The notes below the pieces were generated by a model, which was not told the DNA's origin, made no database searches, and worked only from the letters and a program-made list of their open reading frames with translations. Shown here one piece after another: positions 56,138 to 64,000 of a stretch of 64,000 bases of DNA. The stretch's first letter is position 1, and the number at the start of each line of letters is the position of its first letter. A program made the translations under genes and the position numbers. The DNA comes from the human T2T-CHM13v2.0 reference genome, Homo sapiens. The DNA lies in assembly GCF_009914755.1 (NCBI RefSeq), contig NC_060934.1; one strand, written 5' to 3'.

Positions 56138-57605
56138 TCACTCTGCTTGGCCACCTAAGTCCCCAGGACATCTCCTGCAAGGATGTCTGCATGTATGTTG
56201 GAACTTGGATGTATATTTGTAATTCTTTAACTAGAATTTCACTGACAGCTCATAATCGAGCATCTTTAATTATTGGTCACTAATGTTGCTGAGTGTCACT
56301 TAGTGCTTCTGTGCAGTCATCCACACGTCCCATCTCTGTGACTGGTAGGCGCATCATTACTTTGCACGTGCCAGTTACTTCATAGCCCCTTGGCAAGGCT
56401 AATTAAATGCAGAGTGGGGTCCAGTATTTTTAAAATCTTGGTATCTGTTTTAGTCCAAAATGGAAATATAATGCAGATGTCTGCGTTCTAAAAGATCAAT
56501 GCCTAGCGGTGGATTGGAGTTGGGGGGCCGGTCCCAATGGGGTTCCTCTGGGAGCTGAGCTGCAAGCTTGGCACAGATGTCAGTCAGCGCTGGTGTGGGG
56601 GGACTTGAGAGACAAGGCTGCCCGCGGAGCCCAGGAGGAGTGGGAGCACCGCGTGAACCTTTACGTAAGAAACACAAAGGTTTTATATAGAAATTGGGAT
56701 TGGAGATGAGTGTACTTCGGTTGTGGAGAGGTTTTGAAGTCCTAGGAAGGGAACAGGACTCAGCACAGGCAGAAAATAGAAGACATTTCGTATCTCCGAG
56801 AGAGGAATGAAGGTCGCATGATATTCCCGTTGTGAAATTGTAAAGAAAAATGATCAAAACCTTAGAAAGGATTAAAAATATGAGTACAAAAGGGGATGGT
56901 GTGAAACCGTAGCTTGTAAATACTGGCAACTTTGAGTTGGAAATGAAGGGCTTATCCTCTGCCTTTGATGCAGATTCTCTTTGTTGCGACAGTGAGTTGT
57001 CAGCTGAAAATATCCTCATTACTGAGCCGTGTCATATGAACTGGAGGACAGTAAAGTGTCAGAGGCAACAGAACTTGAAAATCTTGGTGCATTTTTCTAA
57101 ATGTGCCCCCGCTTATTTTCTAGACTTAGTTATCATTTCTTTTCAGAGACATCAATTGTAGAAGCAATGCTGGGTTTTGCTCATGAAATTAAAGAGCCTA
57201 TGCCATTTCTTGGATAATTGTATGTCTCTGTAATGGTGATATTCACTAGTTACTTCAGGCTCCGATTCTAGAGGGCTAACATCATTTTTAGGTGCTAAAT
57301 TTCACATTGAAAGTGACTCTGATGTTTCCTTACCTTAGGCCTTGTGAGGTGACTTCTGTGCCTCTCTGGTGGCTCCTGTGTGAAAAAGATTTTAAAGTGT
57401 TTATGGAGATGTTCACCTTAAGAAATATAATTTTGATAGAAATGTTATTGCTCAACCAGACGATATTTTCCAGTAAATATGTAGAAATAATCCATTGGTT
57501 TTAATCTACTAATTAAGCTTTCTCCATCAGTGTTTATACACAGGGGGCTTTTTCAGAGGCAGCCCTCTTTTTTTAACTGTGGTTTGGAAGGTTTGCCTGT
57601 CTGGA

Positions 57606-57810
57606 ACAGTGCTATCTACCAGAAAGTTCTGGGATAATGGAAATGTCTTGTGTAGACTGTTTGATACAGTAGACTAGCCGCATGTGGCTGTTAAGCGCTC
57701 CAAGTGTGGCAAGTGCAGCTGGGGAAGTGAATTATTTATTCAATGTTAGTTAAATTTACTTTACCTTTTAATATATGTGGCTACTGGCTAGTGTATTGCA
57801 TAACTCAGGT
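57606..57810. mobile_element. MER3-like hAT-Charlie element
   Basis: gtgctatctaccagaaagttctgggataatggaaatg...actagccgcatgtggctgttaagc...atgtggctactggcta. Confidence 0.7.
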
Positions 57811-58269
57811 CTGTATTATCATATTGTCTTTGTAGCTCTTGCTGAGGCTGGGCCCAGAAAGCTTTAAATCATGTTGATGATGCTTATTTGCTTATTCCCA
57901 AATTTGGGATATTTATTTATGTATTCATTTATTCTGATGAGATTACTATGGCTAAGATATCATGTCTTCATGTCTTTTTGGGCAATACCTTGTTTTAATT
58001 GAAGACAAGTGACTTTCAAGTGACAGAAGTTGATTTTAGTCATCACAGTGTTCAGTGTAGAAATGTAATTGTGTTTGACTAGCAAAAAAAAAAGTGAAGA
58101 ACTGTGTAAGATGGTTTTGCAATTTATGTGAATTTATGGTTCTGATCCAAAGAGCTGGGTCCATTTGGCTGTGTTTGACACAAGATGAAGTATCTTGAAT
58201 TTTTATTGTGCATGTGATACCTTTTGTGGAACAGATTTCTTAAAACAGTATTATGGTTTAACTTTTCAG

Positions 58270-58310
58270 AATTTCTACAAAGAAATTGAAAGAGAAGAAA
58301 TGTATATAAG
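58270..58310 (+). CDS. DOCK1: DOCK1 short coding exon G (41 nt): NFYKEIEREEMYI(R)
   Basis: Acceptor taacttttcag and donor AAG|gtatgt. In frame with exons F and H, near the start of DHR-2. Confidence 0.96.
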
Positions 58311-59465
58311 GTATGTATGCATCACGCTTGTCTGCATGTTAATTATAAATAATAATATATGTTGTATGTTTACGTATGCTAAGAAATGTGTTATAGCCGC
58401 AAAGGTTTATTTTGTAGAAAATTGTGAAACGTATAAGGTAGAGTTTGGTGGAGCTCCCAGATACATTCTCAGCTCTTGCATAGCTTGTCCAGACCAGTGC
58501 AGAGTTCTTGGTGGTCACCATTAGCCAACTCAAAAGCAAAACTACAAATAATTGTTTCACAGCGTTTTGTACCTGTTGACCAACTCATGTGGCCCTTTTG
58601 CAAAAAGATAAGCACATAAATTTTAATGTTTCACAGTAAGTTATATGATCCAGTGAGAAATCCAGTTATAACTTTACCAGACATAGGGGAGTTATAATTT
58701 TTCAGTCTGCTCTTAGTTAACTGACGCCATAGTCCCGTGTTTTTTATGTCTTTCTTCCATGAAGAAGAGAAACATTTTGCATTGCCTGCTGGATTTTGCT
58801 TCCCTACTCGCCTTGCTCCCTGGAGTGAGGGACTGTGATTGAGCCCTTCTCTCTTGGTTACTTCTAAAGTCTCGTGTCAAATAATTAGCAAGATTACCAC
58901 TCTGGAGACTAGGAGAAGGATGTAACCTACACAGCATGAGTTTTTAGTGATGTGTTTATTACACTGAGGGTGATTGTCTAATTTTCTATTTCTAAGATTG
59001 TTTTTACTTCTCCTTTTTAAGAACATACTATGTGAATTTAATAACTCAGTTACCTTTATTTCTTTATGGCAAAGAAATTCTTTCGATCACATTGACTGTA
59101 ATCATTGGAGCTCTTTATTCTGATGGATTTGTATTTTTACGGATTTTTTTGTGCATTTGGACTCAGTAGAAATGCAGAAAATCACAATCAAGTATTGTGT
59201 GTCTCATTAAAAATGTTTAAGGGAAAATGAAAAGGAATGAAAAATTTGAAGGAAAATTCTACCTTTGTGTATCATCTTTATTTTTTTCCTGAGTTTTTCT
59301 TAGTGCTTTCTGTACCAAAAGTTTTTAAGGCATTTTGAATTATGAACATTGTAAAAAGGAAGTGTAGCCATGATTTACTGTTGAACATAGAATTTAGCTC
59401 TTGCAATCCTCAACACAAATTATTTAGTGACATTTTAAGAACATACCTCTGTTTTATTGTCTCAG

Positions 59466-59556
59466 GTATTTGTACAAGCTCTGTGACCTGCACAAGGAGT
59501 GTGATAACTACACCGAAGCGGCTTACACCTTGCTTCTCCATGCAAAGCTTCTTAAG
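59466..59556 (+). CDS. DOCK1: DOCK1 coding exon H (91 nt): [30 protein letters not shown] (DHR-2 lobe A)
   Basis: Acceptor gttttattgtctcag and donor AAG|gtaatg. The YLYKL..LH....NYTEAA.TLLLH motif marks the DHR-2 N-terminus. Confidence 0.97.
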
Positions 59557-60146
59557 GTAATGTCAATTACCAGTCACCTTGATGATTCTATTGTTATAAA
59601 TTCTAACAATATTCAGAATTGTATTTTTCCATGGCAAATTTTAGTAGGCCTATAACTTAAGGGTTTATGAAATTGACTAAATAAATGCAAGGATATGAAC
59701 AAAAATATTTAGGAAGTACTTTGATTAGAGATTTGTCCCTGCTGAATGCAGATTTAATTAGATGTCATAGCAGGTGATCACTGAGCATTATAAACTCCCA
59801 TCACTTGGCTGTGAGCTGACAGCAAGTTAGAGATTCTACAATTCCTTGTTCAGGACTACAGGACTCCAGGATGGTGGAGAACAATATCAAGAAGGAATTT
59901 TCCTGGTAGAACAGCTAAGAGATAGGATGAGACATACCCCTAATTGTCTTAGTAAAGAGTTAGGGACCAGATCATGACTTTTCACTCTATCAGTTCACGT
60001 TGAGACCTCCTGCTAGTGCTCTCTGCCTGATTCTTCTAAGGAGTGTTGCTCCTAGCACAAGTCTGGCATGACAACTGTCTACTCTTAGTGGTTCTTTTAT
60101 TACTCAGATAGCTTCAGACATTGACTTTCTTTGTTTACAGTGACGT

Positions 60147-60186
60147 ATGGATGGATGGATGGATGGATGGATGGATGGATGGATGG
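60147..60186 (+). repeat. (GGAT)n tetranucleotide microsatellite, ~10 units
   Basis: Direct reading. Confidence 0.95.
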
Positions 60187-62085
60187 ACAAATTGCTATAC
60201 AGCCTCTAGTTTTATATTTCACAACCTCAGTAAGTTATTAGATGATCTTGCTCATGACATCCTTATAAAAATTTGAAAAATTATGAACTGGATAAATAAG
60301 AACAGTTACAAGAATTAGAATTTAGTTTGGTGGCATTCCACAAAGACTGCTCATTCAAGGAGTCATGTTTCCAAATCCAAGCCAGCCTCCCAAAAACCAA
60401 AAATGTAATGAAAGAAAACCAGAGAAAATTACATTAAATGGGCATTCAGTAGTGTCAATTAGGTAATAGGAGTTAAGGAAGACATTGTGTTATGGAGTAA
60501 AACTCTGGTAAGACTCTTTCCATCTTTGGCCCGATCCTGAAATTTCTGATAGTTTCTGTGACACAAATATACACAGGCTGCCCTAGAGACCTGCGAGTAT
60601 GGAAATTTGCCTCTGCCTGGAAACAGCAGTGTCTGTTACAAATAAAACACACAAAGCTCAGCTCAGTCTGGAGGGACCTCATCAGTTGTCCTCCTGAGGC
60701 TGGCTGTCTGAGGACCCATTTTGCCCCGTGCCACGTGGGCTCTCCCAAGGAGCATAATTTATAAGGATGGAAATTTCAGTTGGTACATCTGATACCAGCT
60801 ATCCCACTATGAATTCTGATGGCCTTCATTTATTCAAAACTCAAATTTCAGTAGCAAGGTGTTTTTTGCAAATGTGAAGCTATTTCTTTTACCCCAGGGA
60901 AATTAAAATGGGGTTGACAAACTGCTCACTCAACCCTTACTCCGTCCCTCATAGAACGTAAACTTTTATATGCATGTGTGAATGTAAAACATATATATGT
61001 GCATAAAGGCATCATTTGTTTAATCATTGGATTTATTGAGTACAGATGGGTTTGTCACAAACTGCATGATGGTTTGTTTCACAACTCAAATCGATAGGCC
61101 CAATTGCATTGCTGTTTCCCCTGGGCTTCTGAATTTTCCAGTTTAATGGGGAATGCTACATAATCTCTCTCCATATCTTTTGCCCCGTTACATTTTGCAA
61201 TTTTTTCTAAATATGTTTTGATATTACTGTAAATGTGAATTCATGCTAATCACCTCACTAAAGAACATGATTTATGTTGTTGCGAAAATTCTTCAGTATG
61301 ACAGATATATTATTGTTTATTAACTGAAAATCCTCAAATAGAATCTTCTTTTTTGGTTAGGCATATCTTTCGTCAAAACCAAGAGCAATAAAAACTTTAG
61401 TTTTTCGCCTAGCAATCAAATTATTACATCTCCATGTGGAAGTGGAAGGTAGAGAGGATTTTTGCTTCCCTAGTCCATGTTTTCATTTGCAAAAGTGATT
61501 TAAAAATGCAAGGAAGTCATTTGGATTCTGAACTTGCTTGTTCTTAATTTATTTTATTGTGGTTACATTTCAGAATCTAGTTTTGCTTTTATTCTCCATC
61601 CTCCAATAAAAGTAGACCAATTATGTTGTACAAACTTCAAAGTTAAAGAGTTTGTCCAATTGTGATGGAGATATGCAAGTTCAATTTTAAGGTGAAAAAC
61701 CTTGCAGACCGCTTAAAGGCTTCTCACTTTTGCCTGACCTTTCTGGAAAGGCAGAGCCATACAGGGCCCGTGCCCTGTGCCTGGGAGCCCTGATGTCCAG
61801 CGGGAGGTGCTCCCCAGCCCGTGGTTTCAGGAAAGTGGGGCGGGACCTTTGCTAAGACAGTAAGCAGCTGACAGAGCCTTGCCCCGTTGCCCGGACCCCA
61901 GCTTCCCACTTAGTGCCTTTGCAGCACCCTCCCTGGCCTGGCTGAAAACAGGGTCAAGCTCCCTCTCCTAGGGCCAGCAATAAGCAAGCCCATGCTCACC
62001 GTGTCCTCCCGTGAGCCTCCAGGCTGCCCAGTGGGAGCACATGCCTCCTGCCCGTAGGTGCCCATGGAGTCTTTTTCACAGTGTT

Positions 62086-62180
62086 CTTTTTCTTGTTCTG
62101 TTTTTTTTTCTTCTTCTTCCTGTAGAAGGGTCTTGCTCTGTTGTCCAGGCTAGAGTGCAGTAGCCCGGTCCTAGCTCACG
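62086..62180 (-). mobile_element. Short, heavily 5'-truncated Alu (3' end only)
   Basis: T-rich tail then gggtcttgctctgttgtccaggctagagtgcagt...tagctcac. Flanked by cagtgtt on both sides. Confidence 0.7.
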
Positions 62181-62977
62181 CAGTGTTGTTCTGTGTTATT
62201 ATTCTCTAATGTAGAATCGCACCATCCTGGGGGTCAGGCATCTTCCGCCTCCTCTTTGACCTAGTTTGTGGCACACAGCAGGTCCTCATCAAATAGCTGC
62301 TGAATTTTATTGAACCTTATACTTAATGCCACTGATGTGTTGAGCCCAAGTTCAGGAGCTGACACGTTGTATCTGTTAAGTGGCCTTGCCTTCCCTCTGG
62401 CATGTCTCCTCGTGCATCTTCAGCTCACACGCCGACTGCACCAATGCTTCCAGGAATACTGGCCAAACCCTGACTCTGTGCCCAGCACCTTGCCTATGGC
62501 TGATGGTGCAAAGACACCTCCCCATCTTTAAGGAGCTTGACAGCCTTTCTAGTCCCTTTCTGGGTGACTTGTGTGTTCCATGTACCATCTTTGCTGTTGA
62601 TTAAAATGCCAACCCACGCAGCACTGAGACCAGAGCCCTGGGGTGCCGCTCTTGGGATGGCCCTGGATCACCTGGCTCCTGATTTGTCCCGGGATGTTAG
62701 GAGGTGTCATTTGCAAGCTGCCAGTTCCGTGCTTTGCAGAACCTGCTGGGTTTTTCTTTTGTCTGAACCCCACTGCAGCTATGCCTCCCCTGTGTCTTTT
62801 ATGCCTGTCGGTATGTCCGGACAGAGGCTCTGCCCTGGCAGTCCCCAGCCTGTTGACAGCAGCCACACATGTCTCCAGAACTGCGGCCCACACGCGTGTC
62901 CGATGCGAAGCTCACACCATTCTGATGTCCCTGGGTGTGTCCGCCTCGGGTCCGCTCATGCTATGCTTCTCCCTTAG

Positions 62978-63097
62978 TGGTCGGAGGATGTGTGTGTGGC
63001 CCACCTCACCCAGCGGGACGGGTACCAGGCCACCACGCAGGGACAGCTGAAGGAGCAGCTCTACCAGGAAATCATCCACTACTTCGACAAAGGCAAG
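62978..63097 (+). CDS. DOCK1: DOCK1 coding exon I (120 nt, phase 0 to 0): WSEDVCVAHLTQRDGYQATTQGQLKEQLYQEIIHYFDKGK
   Basis: Acceptor gcttctcccttag and donor AAG|gtaaaa. Contains the KEQLY..II.YFDKGK DHR-2 motif. Confidence 0.96.
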
Positions 63098-63794
63098 GTA
63101 AAACACAAAAAGCAATTGTCCTTGTTTTCCTCTTTCCATGCACCTACCTGCAGTGTTGTAAACACGTTTTTTAGCGTGTGATTTTTGCAGAACCAGAAAT
63201 TTGTTACAAGTTGTATATTGAAATGTTTTATGCATGTTCCTTCAGCTTGCACTTAAAAGTAGAAATCTTCTTTTAAAAAAAATCAATAGCCCTTTAATAG
63301 ATGCTCTAAAAAAGCACCAAGTATTTTTATAACCCTTACCAGAGGGAACTAAGTCTGGAACACTGATTCGGAGGTGTTTCCGTGCCCACAGAGCTAATGT
63401 ATTCCTTTGACATCCTGCATTTTTCTGTTGGCACGGAAGAATTAATCCCATGGTAGGATGGATATTGCTCCATCCTGGTGGCTTCTAGTTTAATTGGCTT
63501 AAACAAAATTATAGATTCCACTTGACTTCCACTAAAAGGAAACCTGCTGTCATTTTAATCAGCCAGTATTATATCTGATCACTGTAGTTCTTCTGATTAA
63601 GATATGCAGTAACTATTTAAAAAAAAAAAAGCTGTTTCAGTTTCAGAAGTTTTTTAAAACCTGCCACCGAAGTGACATTGGAACTCCTTCTTTGGTTTCA
63701 TCAAGATTCCTAACTCATTTCAGAACCTGTTTTATTTTTCTTTTTTTCCTTTGAGAAAACTGACTAGCACACTTTATGAAGGTACCGACGTTCA

Positions 63795-64000
63795 CATCCT
63801 AGGGCTGCTGTAGCACAAACTGGGTGGCTTTCAACAACGGGAATGTATTCTCATAGCTTAGTGCTGGGAGCTGCAAGCCTGATGTCACGGTGTTGGCGTG
63901 GCCGCCCCCTCTGAAGGCTGCAGGGGAAAATCTGCCCTGTGCCTTTTCCTTTGCGTGTGTTGCTGGCGGTCTCTGGCACTGGTCATCTGTAACCACATCG
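63795..64000 (-). mobile_element. MLT1 LTR, runs off the window end
   Basis: tcctagggctgctgtagcacaaactgggtggctttcaacaacgggaatgtattctcatag...ctctgaaggctgcaggggaaaatctg. Confidence 0.75.

Noticed and set aside
56450-57019. 189-aa minus-strand ORF
   Set aside because: No recognisable domain or gene structure. This length is compatible with chance in 64 kb.

Overview
Primate (most likely human) genomic DNA, not prokaryotic. The window lies inside DOCK1 (DOCK180, a DOCK-A Rac GEF) on the + strand. Nine GT-AG exons (16900-63097, 883 nt in total) splice with consistent phases into one open frame, VFLRAINQYADMLNKKFLDQANFELQ...EIIHYFDKGK. This covers the end of the ARM/helical region and the start of DHR-2 lobe A. 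The gene was identified from recalled sequence, not a database search. The first ~16.9 kb is the 3' part of a long intron. Introns carry Alus (many with readable TSDs), a 1.7-kb Tigger1, MER58B, MER3, Tigger3-type and Blackjack-type DNA elements, MLT1 and ERV1-type LTRs, L1/L2/MIR fragments and several tandem repeats. Most ORFs in the supplied track are spurious. The clearest unexplained structure is a ~190-bp, ~85%-identical non-Alu inverted repeat (45658-46423) that should fold into a long intronic hairpin. Weaker leads are a candidate internal promoter/first exon, exons that regenerate a 5' splice site, a CA-rich VNTR and inverted Alus around one exon, and motif-dense candidate enhancers. 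No novel multi-gene system is supported. Repeat subfamily names and old-repeat boundaries are approximate.
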